A DNA stretch of 64,000 nucleotides. Origin: Veleropilina oligotropha (Eukaryota). Shown here piece by piece: positions 1 through 14,700 of this stretch. The notes under the pieces are model-generated. The model saw nothing but the letters and a program-made list of their open reading frames with translations, was not told where the DNA came from and searched no databases. Where the stretch lies: contig JBEUKZ010000009.1 in the NCBI GenBank assembly GCA_048128005.1, positions 186,001-250,000 on the forward strand. Reading direction: 5' to 3'. Within the stretch, counting starts at the first letter, position 1. Each line of letters starts with the position of its first letter. A program made the position numbers and the translations under genes.

Positions 1-2117
1 TCAAACCAAATCTATTTAACGTTTTGCGAAGCGGAGCGCGTTTTATATTTGTGAACGTGTAGGATATTAAAGAAAATGTCCACCGCGTCCTATTACATCA
101 AGAGTACTTTTTGTGCATGCATTCAACATCCAATGCATGTACGTGTAAGGACCATATTTGGCGCAGTCATCACAGAGGACAAAAGCTTGTAATGGGCTTT
201 GCAACATTAAAACAAGAGTAAATCTAAATGCCACCCCAATAAATTGGTGGTGGCATAAAAAGACGACCTTGTTAATAAAAGCACACGAAACATCTTGCAA
301 AAATCGGATGGTGAAGGACAGGAGATGGCTGTGAAAGTCATCAGTAGTTTGGGAGTTTGATGGCTGATATATATAGAGAGACGGTGAGAGAATGAATTCG
401 CTATTCGCCTTTCCATTACGAATCACATTATGTTATAAAATATATCTCTATCCCATCATCATCTATGAATGAAGTAATTATTTAGATGCTCAGGATTGAG
501 CAATCGGATGACGGGGTTTGGGAGAAACTCTACGCCAAAGGCTCAACATTGCATCCGTTTATATAATATATTAGGATGTGTCCATCTACATGCAGATACG
601 CAAAGACATCGTGCAAATTATCAGGTGCTAGATCCTAATCAATATTCGAAGGGTAGTTTACTGTATGTGTGTCTGACCGTTATGATTATAATGCGGCGCC
701 AGATATATGGCATCTGAGGTACTCGAGCTCGATTTGCGTCATTGTATAAGTTGCGTTCCCTAGATACATCTACGCCATGTTCGCTTGCGTCGTTAGTATA
801 TGCCCAATGACGTCAGAGTGCATGAATAAGATAATGTCAACGTGAGTTGGAAGCTTTAGATAAAACCATACGTGTTTATATAACAGTGATACATGGAAGG
901 GGTAAGAGCCATGTTTTCTACCCTTTGATATAAATTGGCATTGCATCAGACGATGTATTTTATTACCAATATTGTTTCTGTAGCATTATATTAGTGAAAT
1001 TTAGGATCAAGAAGAAAAAATGACACCTGATTTTTTCATCATGAGACAATTTGTTTCACAGAAATGGTAAAAGAAGAGCTTTGATCGGCGCCTGATGGTT
1101 AATACATTCACTGAAACCCTAATGCATGCTCAAATACATGCTCAAATGCATGCTCAAATACATGCTCATAAGTTAATAGCCCGGTGATAATTTCTAGCTG
1201 TGGAGACTACAAGAAGAGTTGATTATGTTATAACATACCCGTCTAATGTCTATCTATTCTCGAATATCCTAGCACCAAATTGATTTGCATCATTCTGCTA
1301 TATCCGATTGTATTGTACTATTATATACAAGCATTAACTGAAAAATCGACAACATTTATGTAGCGAACCTGTAGCCTAGCACTTCTAAGACCTACAAGTG
1401 GAAGTTATTAATGACAGATGCTTTATATAACGCGATATCACTACCTCCGATTAATCAAGACTTGGGCCAGTACACGTTAATTGACCATACTGGAGGTAGT
1501 CTTACTAAAACAATGTAAGTAATATATTTTGGTATCAAAATGTAGTGTGAAATCAATGACCCGCAAGCACTGGTATGCATGGAAAGCTTTAAAATGCTTG
1601 GAGTGTCTTAAAGACTAAGAGAAAACAAGTATGCAGCACGAAGAAGCACTGCACCTAATGCCTGATAACATAAGCGCCAAAATATCTTACTAGCAGAAAG
1701 GTCGTCTGCTACCGCAATTACACGAGTTGGCCGTTGTTCGTAGGGGTTATTAACATTCCAGATTACAAAATTATATAATCAGGTCCCCTGCAATGAAATT
1801 ATACTACAAATATTGACTTTATACTGCGATGCCTTTATACCTTATTCAGGGCTAGTCTCGTAACTGAATCGTTAGTAGTATCCTGGATGTCGTTATCGTC
1901 GACGTGAAGATGTTACCAGATTGCGCACTCTTTCTCTAATTATGCAACCTTTTCGTTATTAACATCTATATGGTGCCTTGGTTTGGATCGATTGTTATTA
2001 AATGTCTCATGTTTTACATCATTCGTGGTCATAACAGGACATGTCCGTATTATCCTGGACGTTCTGGGTAACAGTCTCCCACAGGCCAATTATGAACAAC
2101 TGTGACCGTTAATTTAA

Positions 2118-2559
2118 AGAGACTATTGCCCGTAAATGCGCTCTTTTCGTGACTGTGTAGCATGACTGATCACCCTCTATCGTACGGTTCGCGCAGATTG
2201 ATACAAATTTCGCGAAGACATGATCGATTTATGATGAAATGATAGACTTGTATTGAAATTAATATTGTAACTGGGCAATCTATATTATGGTCAAGTAGAA
2301 AACTATCTTACTTGACGAGCAGAAACCTACGCAACTATGCTCCAAATAGGTCAACTGGAAATGTCACTCGATGCGAGGTAATGAGGGTGGCTTTTAATTA
2401 TTTTTAAAATTTTCATTAGCGATTTATTTAAACGGTAGCAAAGTACTGACGAAATTTAAGTGTTGAAAATCCCTAACTTTCTATGATATAAATTAAAAGT
2501 GTAATGCGGTTAGTTTTCTTTTCCAAGAAAAAAGAGCGCATTTACGGGCAATAGTCTCT
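2118..2559. mobile_element. Non-autonomous DNA transposon (Kolobok-like MITE) inserted in a SINE fragment
   Basis: TIRs AGAGACTATTGCCCGTAAATGCGCTCTTTT / AAAAGAGCGCATTTACGGGCAATAGTCTCT; left flank TTAA, right flank TGAA (degenerate TTAA TSD). Confidence 0.7.
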
Positions 2560-3119
2560 TGAATCAAGTGGCTAGCCTAGGATTAAAACCCAATCAGAAC
2601 AGTGAGTGAATTGGAAGCCACGCCCCATTACATCACCAACCCCAACTGTAGTAGGCTGCGCTAGACAATATATAATTAGGTGAGCAGCGGATTTATACTA
2701 CAATCAATTATTTTTATACAATTTCCGAGATTTTACGAGGTCATGAAAATACACATAATGTGCGAAAGTCAAACAACACTCTGCGATAAATATTACAGAA
2801 AGATGTGATACTAGGAGACTGTCATACCTTTTGGTTATGTTACCTAAGCACCAGCATTGACGCAAGGGTTGCTGTGATGCGTCAAAATGTCAGCGAAGTT
2901 AGTTGTGTGATTGTGTCTTTTTCACCGCAGTAATGCGAAAGGGCAGCCGAGGGGAGACGTCTTTCTCTGCCAGTACTTAGTCTCTACAGCAACCAGGGAT
3001 GCGGCATTTAGGCCCATAGGCATGTGGAAACACCAAAACAGTTACCATCAACATACCCCCCCCCCCACCCCATGTTAATGCACTGGGGAGGAACGTTCAA
3101 CTACAATTTGCGGGGCACG

Positions 3120-3665
3120 GGGACAGCAGTTACCGATTGCGTGGGGCATATTGTCCATCCAGCCAAACGGACAGTTACAAACGTACAAAATAACAGAACC
3201 AATACCAAAAAGAGCCAACCAAAAGAACAGTCAAAAACGCAGTTACCAATTGCGTGGGGCATATGGCCCATCCAGCCAAATATAGATAGTCACAAACGTA
3301 ACAAATAACAGACCCAACAACAGAAAGAGCCTACCAAAATTAAGGACAGTCACAAACGCAGTAACCGATTGCGTGGGGCATATTGTCCATCCAGCCATAT
3401 AGACAGTCAGTCACAAACGTAACAAAGAACCGACACAACAACAAAAAGAGCAAATCAAATGGACAGTCATAAACGCAGTTGCCGTTTGCGTGGGGCACAT
3501 GGCACATCCAGCCAAAAACGCACCAAATAATAGAACCAACAACAGAAAGAGGCTACCAAAGGGACAGTCACAAACGCAGTTGCCGATTGCGTGGGGTATA
3601 TGTTACATCCTGCCAAATGGACAGTCAACAACGCACCAAATAACAAACCAACAACAGAAAGAGCA
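3120..3665. repeat. Degenerate tandem repeat, ~100-120-bp unit, ~5 copies
   Basis: Core CAGTTACCGATTGCGTGGGGCATAT...CATCCAGCCAAA recurs at about 3127, 3240, 3358, 3476 and 3576. Confidence 0.8.
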
Positions 3666-4049
3666 AACCATTATCCAGGATCGGGGGCTGAAATGTTCAC
3701 AAGCGGCGTTCTGACACTCAAAGAAATTCGCAAAACTGTTTTCCTAAACAATGTAGGCATTGTTAATCTCAAAGAGACCCGATTGGTAGAGTCTGGAAGC
3801 CTAAAGGAAGCGGACTATAGTTATATGTCTGAAAAGGTAATAAAAATATGGAAATCGCGATAGAGATGTAGGTCCAAGCATCAGAAAAACTGTTCAGTTA
3901 CAGTCTAAATCTGGAACAATAATCACAGATAGTCTGAACAAATTGAGAGGTGGGGTCCTTTTGTCTGACCTTTCCCTTTAATAAAGAGAATAGTGTCCAT
4001 TAATCCAGGTTATGTCCGTACTAGATGGATTCCCTACCGCATATAGAAA

Positions 4050-5290
4050 TTATCCAAGGCTATGGACAAATTGCCAACAGGTAAAAGCCGTGGGTGTATT
4101 CCAGCTGTCTTGAAAAGCGGCAAGCCAATCTAGCTTGAACACCTCTACAAGCTACTCAGTCAAAGTTGGGAAGAGGGTGCAGTTCCAAAGGATATGCGAG
4201 ATTGCAACAACTGTATAACAACAAAGACGACAAAGTGAAGTGATTGTAATAATTATAGAGGCATAGGCTTGTCTCTTCTTAGCATAATCGGCTTACTATT
4301 TGCTCGAATAGTTTACAGAGGCTTCAGAAACTTGCAGACTTGAAATGTCGGTTCCACATCAAAAGTTTCACCAGGGACATGGTATGTCACATCAGAGATA
4401 TTCTGATTGCCGTCAAACTTTGTATAAGGCTGACAAAATGTTATGGACTGATTTGCAGGAACTTGATATCACTTTGGTCTCATAATCAGTCCCAAGAAGA
4501 CACAGGATATGAGACAATGCACCCCAGCACAAAGGTGTGTAATTCGACGTCATGCATCAATACATTTGATTCCACTGCTGCAGGCAACATTTCCCTACAT
4601 GCAGAACTCAATAAACGCATTGGCATAGTAAAGAAAGGAAAGGAACGATGCTTAATGTCCTGTATATTTCCAACCATCATTTGATTCAAAGCAGGACATA
4701 TCCATATTATCGCGGGAGGAAAGCCGGGTCGCCCTGGGATACCCACCCTCTCCGACCAGCTACGAACACCTGTGATTCATAACTTGAACAAATGTGTGAT
4801 GTCCCTGCTGAGGTTTGAACTCACTACTGGTCAGTGATTTTTCGGAGTCCACAACCGAAACCACATGACTGTCGAAGCGAACGCATTGGCAAAGGAATTA
4901 TTCCTTTACCAAGAAAGTATGGGAGAAACAGTTTAAACAAGTACCATGGTCGAGGTGTACAAGGCTTGTGTTGTTAATACATTCTGTAAAGAGTGTGTAT
5001 ATGAACACACACTCCATTTGCTTCATATGTGGTGTCTGTGCAGAATCATTTGGATCACAATGTCAGCGACATTGGCATCCCATCCACGTTCCTTCTCATG
5101 CGCCAACGGCAATTTCGATGACTTGGACATGTCCATCGCATGAATTATGATGAACTGGCATCTGGGTTGAGAAGCAAAGGTCGCACGCACCCGAGATACA
5201 AGGATGAGTGCAAGACACGAGACATGAAAGCAACCAATATCAAACCTGATACATGGGATGCAGTCGTAAACAACAGAGATGTATGAAAAT
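4050..5290 (+). mobile_element. Decayed RTE-clade LINE fragment, interrupted by a SINE
   Basis: Remnant RT-upstream motifs (WEEGAVPKDMRD, CNNYRGI, SLLSIIG, AELNKRIG, VYKACV) with frameshifts; similar to the copies at 22560-24620. Confidence 0.65.
4645..4880 (-). mobile_element. SINE copy (same family as 7362-7612)
   Basis: Reverse complement matches the 7362 element (TTGTTCAAGTTATGAATCACAG, TTTCCTCCCGCGATAA, AATATACAGGACATTAAGCATC). The LINE resumes after a repeated CGCATTGGCA. Confidence 0.7.
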
Positions 5291-6856
5291 AGCAAGTTTC
5301 ACTGAGATTAAAAATTGATTGCTTGGCACCTTTGTTTTACGGCCAGTTCTGGTTCCAATGGTATAATATGGATGAATGTTCATGCTCATATCACGACGAA
5401 TCATATTCAACAAACCACTGAAGGTCTCTTGTCAATGAACATTACACATCTGCAGGAGCAGTGATAAGAATATTTTCAAAACGTTTCCCATAGCTACCAT
5501 TTTGAAATTGGATGGCTTTGAATATCACCAGGGACAAACTTTTGATCCAACAAGCAGAAGGCAATGCTATGTCCATGTGCCATTTAAAAAAAATGGCAGC
5601 CACTTGAACATCGTATATATATTCATTATTATTAGGTAGGTACCACCTCCACAAGTGACTCTGATCGTCAGGCTGTCCGTTTTGGATCAAAATCCCTTCT
5701 CCATTGAAATCTGTCCTCAATCAACCTTGCCCACCTTGCAACTTTGTTGGGATTTTTCAACTACAATCCACTAATAGTGAACATGGCATCATGAAGGTAT
5801 GTACAAATATACCATACAGTTCTTGAGCACTAGTAGTAACAAGACTTACAATGACTGTTGTTGCAAACATTTTCAATATTTTAGTTTAAGAGAAAATGAA
5901 GGTTGCTTTGATTTGATTGAATCGATTTAGTTTTACGATTTCATTTTAACATTTCAGTCGTATCTGTTCTCGGGGTCACCGGCTTAACGTCTCATCCAAC
6001 AGATGGATACTGTGTACAGTGTAGACGAGGTACATACCAGTGACAAATTCTCGCCATTCCCGAGACTCAAACTCGGATAACTAGCGTCATGGTCCAGCAT
6101 CTTAACCACTGAGCTATGGCCGCGTCGGCTAAACTGAAGGTTGCATTGATTACTCTCGTTAAGCTCTCTTGCAAATATGCCTGTTGTTCTTATGAAGTAG
6201 TGAGCTGTTCGATAATCCAGATGGCTCTAGTAGCGCTAAAATTGATAATGAATTTTCCATCACAAAACTGGGAATCTAAGCATGTTAAAGCAATACTTTC
6301 CTAATTGAACTCTTATGGTTTTATCGTTTGTATCAAATAATGTGTAAAATGATCAGAGTAAAAAGTTCAAAGACACAAGACTTGTGCATGACAAACTTTT
6401 ATTATTCGGCAAAAGTACTCGATTTAAATAAAAACATGTTCCAGCATAGCCAAGTACCAAATAGAGACTCGGTAGCAATTTTAATGAAGTTATTGTAATA
6501 TTAGCAATTACTAATCGTTTAAGGATGGCATCACACTTAGTTCCATGTAATTATTGTATTCAATCAATTGAAAAACCAGCCACCATCTGTTGCATGGCTA
6601 TCAAATGAAATAATGTCAGTGAATACACAAGAATTTAACATGTAAAACACTACTTTGGCAAAAACAGTTAATATTTGAAGTTTGTTGTGTTAATTGACAA
6701 GACATGAAAGTTTCATGTTATATAATGTACACTCCTATGACCCTGGAACAGCAAACCAACAAGTGCTGGTCGAGGCGTTGGTTGCGGCACACACCAGAAG
6801 CTGCATGACGGCAAACAATTCCCGCGTCTCAATTAAAATCTTGCCTTCCTTATTAA

Positions 6857-7295
6857 AGGATTTGTGAACACATAATATATTCTGGCTGATAATAATGCTA
6901 TAGTATATTTATTTATTCTCTTATTAGTAGCGCCATGATTTAGATTATCAAAACATGGATACAAAGATCCTTAGCAAGTCACACCGAAATTTCCCGAACA
7001 CTTATTAGGTGACGACACACGAGTCCTAATGCTGTTGTTCCTGCTGAGTAACCAATTTGTGGACAATGATGTTGCCATCGAATTGAAAATATTCCAAGTG
7101 GCCTGTCCATTGTAACGTCAAATTCGACCCCTGACCTGAAAATATGACTATATTTGAGCTGATTGATTTTGCCAGGTCAGCTTACAACAAACACGGACAC
7201 TCGTGAAAGACTAACACAACAAATAATATGATAGGAATATGCCGTAGCGTATAGTGAAATTTCGCATATATTATGAGTTTTGGTTCACAAATCCT
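6857..7295. mobile_element. Kolobok-like MITE
   Basis: TTAA|AGGATTTGTGAAC ... GTTCACAAATCCT|TTAA. Confidence 0.7.
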
Positions 7296-7361
7296 TTAAA
7301 GATCCTGTCTACAGGTATACAACGACAATCATCTCATTCTTCTTCTTATCTGCAGCGAGGA

Positions 7362-7612
7362 GGCCGCTTCGGCAGCGCAGTGGGTAGAGTGTCCACTCTA
7401 AATTCACTGGCTTGATTCCGCTAATGCGAACAGTAGTGGGGTCAATACCTGGCTGAGGCATTGACATTTGTTCAAGTTATGAATCACAGTTGTCCGCGAC
7501 TGGTCGAAGAGGGCGGGTTTACCCGGGTGACCGGGGTTTCCTCCCGCGATAACACGGACATGTCCTGCCTTGAACCTCGATGTTGTAAATATACAGGACA
7601 TTAAGCATCATT
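7362..7612 (+). mobile_element. tRNA-derived SINE
   Basis: tRNA-like head (GCGCAGTGGGTAGAGTG box-A-like; GGTCAATACC box-B-like) and central GGGTTTCCTCCC core. Related copies near 4645, 10860, 12070 and 57110. Confidence 0.65.
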
Positions 7613-8778
7613 CCTCCCTCCCCTTTTCTGCAGAGTTTAACATCTTTCTTATTTCTCTCAGCCTGGACTGATCTTTCTTTTTCATTAGTCAACACCCACT
7701 TGCATGTAGCAAAACACTGCGAGCACTTTAAGCAATAAAAACTTTTCAACGGGTGAGAAGGCAAAGAGAATGACAAAGATTGTGAGTAGCTCCTTGAACT
7801 TTCCCCATAGACATATTGTTCGTACCATGGTGCTACCTTCACAACCGCCTATATAGATCAGTTATCAATCAGAACATCTTCAGTAATTGAAAGAAAACTG
7901 AAACAAATTGACAAATATAAATTTATTATTGTGCAAAGTATCACTTGCAACATAATTAGCACACAGTATCGGATGTACACATAACAACAAAACAATGTTA
8001 CACATTATTATGCAAGTTTAATCCTGCTTCTCTTTTCTGCTTTTTGCAAAATCTGACAGCAGAACCTTAGTGCAAAAATAAATAAATAAGGATATTTGAA
8101 TATTTAATACAGGTTAGTATTGAAGCACTTGTGCAACACAAAGTAATTACACTGGAAAATGTTTTAGTGTTATCAGTTCAAACAATCACTTGTCACTAAT
8201 AAGTTGATATGATAATTATGTTCATATTTCCGCTGTATAGGAATATGTCATACATTCAATGATTGTAAGATGTAAGAAACTCAAAGAAAGAACTGTAATA
8301 ACAGAATTTCTGACATGAAGATTGACAATACTGTTTATTAATATTTAAATCAATGTAACTCAAGGTAATTTCAGGTAGTTTATGCACGACATGTTCAAAA
8401 TCTGTTTTTGATATGAAATAAATGTGTTTCTTCAAGCATTCAACAAATTGTCCATGCCGATTTTGTCTTGATACCTATTCAATGTAGCATGGGGATGCAT
8501 CAGACCATAGATTACACAGGAACCCAATGGATAATTATATTACATGATATATTAATAATATTTGGCTTAAAATCTATGATAAAAGATATATTTTGTATGC
8601 TTCCACTGCAAATTTATAAAGAAATAAGCCTGGTTTCAGGTGACATGTGAAACATGCTAATAGTAACCTAACATAACAAAGAATTACTTTCAATATTCAA
8701 TATATTGAGTCAACATTTGTTTCTAAGAGTAGGCGTCTATTATAACAGGATATGTAATTTTTAAGCTCAAGTCACTTA

Positions 8779-9331
8779 TGCCTATGTCACAAATACATCG
8801 TAAGCGGATATGGCGCCCGTACGATGTGTGTTTTTGAAGATGTCGTACGGTCATCGGCGACATCCTGCGGACATCGGCGACTATTTCGCCGAGTTTGGGG
8901 GAATCGTACGGTCATCGGCAACTTTTAAATCGGAGTTATAATTTTTAGAAAATCGTACGATTTTGACATCAGGAACTCATCGCAGGCATATCGCAAGGAT
9001 GCCTTGCTGTTACCTTACTGCATAAGAGATCGTAGGACGCCCGTATGGCATCCGCACGGCATCCTTACGATGTCGGGACAAAATGCAAAAGTTGTAAGGT
9101 GCCGTAAGGGGATCGCAAGGTGACCTTTCGGGAATCGTAATGTAATCTTACGATGTTCGCACGATTTGACAGGCGGCAAAATTATGTTAGCCCGTACGGG
9201 CACCATATCTAATGTGACCATGGCACAGATTTTTGCCAGAAACCTACGATTCTTCCCCGATGTCGGGGAAGCAGGGACGCCATACGATTGTCCTCCATCG
9301 AACGGCGACCGGTGTATTTGTGACATAGGCA
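8779..9331. mobile_element. PIF/Harbinger-like MITE
   Basis: TTA|TGCCTATGTCACAAATAC ... GTATTTGTGACATAGGCA|TTA, i.e. a 3-bp TTA TSD. Confidence 0.75.
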
Positions 9332-9597
9332 TTAGGCTAATAATTATTCGTGACAAAATTGACAAACGATCTTGAATTAATTCACATTTTCCCTATAGTA
9401 TTCAATACAATGAATATCATAAAATAACAATACAATTATTTCCCATAATGTTAACCCGCATTTATTGTCAGATAAGTTTTACATGTAAATACTAATTTAA
9501 AGTGTCAAATGTTTTTGCAACAAATATTTATAGTATTCAAAATTTGAACAACAATTTCTTAAATGCGCAACACGTTTCATCATCCATTCATTCAATA

Positions 9598-10126
9598 TAT
9601 AGAGGATATCGAACGAGTGTCCATTTCATATGAGAATTATGAAACGAGTCGGGCACAATTTATGTACCGAGCCTTGGCGAGGTACATAGATTTGCTGATG
9701 AGTTTCATAATTCTCATATGAAATGGAAACAAGTTTGATATCTTCTTTATCACATGACTTTATTTACCTTTAAACTTATTTTATTGCGTTTTTAAACACA
9801 TTTCTTTTCGTTTTAAAACTAATTTCTGTCAGTACTTTCAGCCATAAATTGCCATGCCCCAGATGCATCACGCCTCGAAAGCACGTGCCACGCCAGTACG
9901 CCAATAAAAAATAGTTCAACATCTGCTTTGTCAGTAATCGACTAGTCAACACGTATGAACTATTCAATATGTTAATGAGGGTGATGTGCGCCGCCTAATC
10001 AACTTGGAGCCAGATTCGACGACCGGGCGTCATGCTCCCCTCATTTGCATACTTATGGGACGTGTCTTTTGTATCGAAATTTATGGAACAGCTTCTACCG
10101 TTCCATAACAGCTTTGTCATGTGATA
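9598..10126 (+). mobile_element. Interspersed ~500-bp repeat with 5' palindrome (non-autonomous element, superfamily uncertain)
   Basis: Starts ATAGAGGATATCGAACGAGTGTCCAT with a long inverted repeat and ends GTCATGTGATAA. Near-identical copies at 30953-31476 (-) and 53367-53860 (+). Confidence 0.8.
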
Positions 10127-10252
10127 ATTTAGCATATCAAAACAACTAAATCCCTAAATTTGTAATGACCCTATTTTAGCATTTTTCCAACAAGTTATTG
10201 ATTATCTCCAAGAAAGTTGTGTATTTTTCATGCGACAAGACTCTCTAACAAA

Positions 10253-10341
10253 TCAGTCAATATCTCGAATGTCGGCCTCCGATTTGATCTTGGGGTGCCT
10301 TTCCAGAAACTCTTTGACCAGACTTTTGGCTTTATTTTTCA
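10253..10341 (-). CDS. RECQL5: RECQL5 last coding exon (end of SRI domain)
   Basis: TTTTTAG acceptor, phase 1: (V)KNKAKSLVKEFLERHPKIKSEADIRDID*. Resembles the human RECQL5 C-terminus (VKEEAQNLIRHFF...ESEADW, recalled from memory). Phase matches the upstream exon. Confidence 0.8.
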
Positions 10342-11779
10342 CTAAAAAGAAACATAAGTATGTTAATACTGTATTCAACAGTAGAGAACATAGACCGATA
10401 CAAAAAATTGTGGTTATATTATGTATTATTGAAACATTAAATTTGTACAATGCATCCAACACGGCAAAATAAATCCTTTATAAATTGTGAAACCTTCATT
10501 TTGTTGTCGTTTGGTTAAAATGATTTGTCATATCCGGGATGGGCTCGTATTATTGAAACAGGAATCCTAGAACTTTCTGAAGTGTCTGGTCAAAGCCACC
10601 TACGTCGACATGTTTTGGAAAGCTGCTTTCAACTGGTCTCCAAGTTTCCACTGCAGTCAGTACACGTGAATTGAGAGCAATGCTCTTACATGCATTCGGC
10701 AACGGCGGGAACACTCTTTGAAAGTAAAAATTCTTGGCAAAACAGCCACAATAGCGATATATATATATCCACTGAGGACAGCACATACATATGATTTTTA
10801 ATTCATTACTTAATTATATAACTACATTTCCAATTACATGTAACGTGTTCACATTTGTCCATGACTGGTCAGTGAGGGCTAGTTTTCCCAGGTTCCCGTG
10901 CTTTCATCATGTGACAACATGGCTAGTCCTGGTATGAACCATGCAGAAGGTTGTTGAAAACAGGATATTAAGCACCGATTAAAAATCAAATCCTATTATC
11001 ATGTCGCCAGTGTACACAGTTATATAGTATTGCCACTCTTAGATTTTTATCCTTAAGTATATTTGAGCATGGATCTATAAGGATATAATTAATTTTCAGA
11101 ATATATTCATTCACATATTCGACTTTGAAGCATACATCTCACATCTAATTCAGCATTATGCATATAAATCTTCCGATTTATTACTCATTCAACATTTAAT
11201 GTCAGTGAAGCAGAACACAGAATTAATACAACTTGAGACAATCAGAATTCAAATACGATTAACGATAGGTGAAGTAATCAATATTTCTCTGTGTTACCTC
11301 GCGGCATTCCATAAGAGCTAGTGCATAATACCTGACCTTAATATCGACCACATGTCGAATATGTGCATTATGCACTATATATAGCTAATTTTATTTATAA
11401 ACAAAGAAAATTGGAAACAGCATTATATAAATAGAGTAATACTTCCTGATAAACTATATTTATATAAAAACTGAGTGTGTTGCGCACATGAGCCGTGGCC
11501 ATACCTGTCACTTTTGCCGATATCGTCAGTAGTTTGCCGATATTACCCCTTTATTTTATTAGCCGATCGGTAGACACGAAAACACTGATATCTACCGATA
11601 TGAAGATATTTCTCAAATGAGTCGGAAGAAATGGCTGTGGCGACTGTTACCAACCTCTACAAAATCTTCGAACCAAGGATTAAAAAAACCCACTTGTGCA
11701 AAGCGATTGCAATTGGTATGAAGAATTCGGAGTAACATCTTATCAGAATCTATCCGCCAAAAGGATAAGATTACATAAA

Positions 11780-14700
11780 CTAGATAACAAGTGATGGGGT
11801 ACCATCACAGTGGGCCCCGCTCCACCAATATACCTCGATAAACATTCACATGTGAGAAATAATTGCTATATATGCAAAAATAGAAGATAAATTTACATTG
11901 ACCATTTGATGAAGCTTATGCTGTTGATACTCCAAAATCATTATGCACTGAATATTTCCAACATAAAAGCTATACATGATGATATTGTGTCACAAACTGT
12001 TACCTCTCTCACCTTGATGTACCTGTAGTCAGAGACAGACAGAAACAAAATAATAAATCATATGAAACCAGTACATGACCATATTATCGCTGGAGGACAT
12101 TAGGAAAGCCTGGTTGCCCAGGAAAACCCGCCCTCTCCGACCAGTTACGGACAACTGTGATTCATAACTGAACCTAATGTCATGCCCGAACCAGAATTCG
12201 ACCCACTAATGTTCATGTCATTGGAATCAAGTCGGAGACTTTTGGTAGTCCACAACCGATAGCACACGGTCGTCGAATCGGCCAATGTATGTTTGAAGAA
12301 ACTCTAACCTGAATCATGAACAAAAGCGTGGCGGATAAAATTAAAAAAATTTGATCCAATTGATAGCATTTACAAATACGTTTAATAAAAATGCTCCTTG
12401 AAATAATATCCAAGCATTTAACTTTGTCAAAACATCAAAGCTGGTCATAAACCTTAAAAAAATGCTTCAAGTAGAACCTTTAACCTGGTACCTTAACCAT
12501 GAATATTTCTATTAAATTTCTTCAATATCAACATTACAGTTTCTGTAATGATCTATAATAGTGATATTCAAACAAGCCATTGACAAAAAAGTGACTTTAT
12601 CAGGCAAAGTATATGAAAATAGTGAATTATTAATACCAAATAGAACGTTTAACCAAAACCAAACAGCTTATCCAAGATTAGTTATGCTAAATTCTCTCCT
12701 ATGTCGATTAAACATGTGAAATTTACAAACAGCATATTAACTAAGATTTTTGCAGCTAAATTCTCTCCTATGCCAATTAAACATGTGAAAGTCCTTTCGC
12801 TAATCTCAATACAGCATGTAGGAACATTTCCTTGTTCATTTATTGCCATACATTCATATCAAATTATGTTAACAAAAGGTTTTTAACCTGGACCTTAACC
12901 AAATATGCGACGGACGAAAAAAGTGATCCCTACAGGGCTCCTTGACGGAGCTTTAATTATGTTTACAGAATGTTTAACCTTGGTTCCTGGACCTTAAGTA
13001 AATGAGCGACGGACGTATGGAAAAGGTGATCACTATAGAGCTCGGACACTGACGGGGCCCTAATAACATTTATGATTCCACACACATTGACCATTTTATG
13101 AAGCTTGTATTGGCCATGGGATACAGCTTGCTCTTGATACTAGTATGATCAAGAACCCATTGGCTACTGCCAACAGGGAAGCTATGATATTAAATATATA
13201 TAGCCCCACAACCTGTCACCTTAAGTCTCACGGCTTACTGTACCTGTAGTAACAACTACAAGCCTAGAGCAAGTCTGACAGAGAGACAAATGACCGAAAC
13301 AGATAGACATTGAAGATCAATAACGATTTTCTTTTCAATTAAATTTAAAATTTAAAATTAAATTTAAAAATAAATTTAGAATTTGAAATGTAAAATTTCA
13401 ATGTATCCATTAGATAACATTTACAGCTACCATGCATTACAAACATTTAAGTCTGTTAGAATATCAAACATGGCCATAAAACTTTCAAAAATGCTTAGAA
13501 ACTAAAACTTGGAATCTTAACCACACTATTTTCTTTTAAATTTCCCGATAAAATTTTAAAAAATGAATCCAATTGGTAACAATTACAATTACCTGTAATA
13601 AAACTGCTCCTTGAAATGATATTCAATCATTTAACATTGTAAAAACTGCTAAAAAACTTTCAAAAATGATTCAATGAGAACCCTTAACCTGGTACCTTAA
13701 CCAAACTATTTTCTTTTAAATTTACTGTTAAAAGTTAAAAAAAAAAAATTCATTTGGTAACAGTTGCAAATACCTTTAATAAAAGTGCTCCTTGAAATGA
13801 TAACCAAGCATTTAACTTTGTTAAAAAATCAAACCTGACCATAAAACTTTCAAAAATGCTTCAAGTTGAACCTTTAACCTGGTACCTTAACCATGAAAAT
13901 TTCTAATAAATTCGTTCGATATCAACACTCCAGTTTCTGGAATTATCCATAATAATAATATTCAAAGAAGCCTGCGACAAAAAAGTGCCTTTATCAAGCA
14001 AACTATACGGAAAAAGTGAACCATTAATACCAAATAGAACGTTTAACCAAACGGCTTAACCAAGATTTTTGAACCTAAATTCTCTCCTACTAGTATGTCA
14101 ATTAAACATATGAAATTCCTTTCGTTAATCTCAATACAGCATTTAGGAACATTCCCTTGTTCATTTATTACCATACATTCATATCAAATTATGTTAACAG
14201 AAGGTTTAACCTGAACCTTAACCAAATGAGCATCGGACGGACGGACGGACGGACGGAAAAGGTGATCACTATAGGGCTCCCTGACGGGGCCCTAATAAAT
14301 TCATTTGGTAACAGTTGCAAATACCTTTAATAAAAGTGCTCCTTGAAATGATAACCAAGCATTTAACTTTGTTAAAAAATCAAACCTGACCATAAAACTT
14401 TCAAAATTGCTTCAAGTTGAACCTTTAACCTGGTACCTTAACCATGAAAATTTCTAATAAATTCGTTCGATATCAACACTCCAGTTTCTGGAATTATCCA
14501 TAATAATAATATTCAAAGAAGCCTGCGACAAAAAAGTGCCTTTATCAAGCAAACTATACGGAAAAAGTGAACCATTAATACCTAATAGAACGTTTAACCA
14601 AACAGCTTAACCAAGATTTTTGAACCTAAATTCTCTCCTATGTCAATTAAACATATGAAATTCCTTTCATTAATCTCAATACAGCATTTAGGAACATTCC

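Noticed and set aside
7362..7460. tRNA gene
   Set aside because: No complete cloverleaf; it is the head of a multi-copy SINE.
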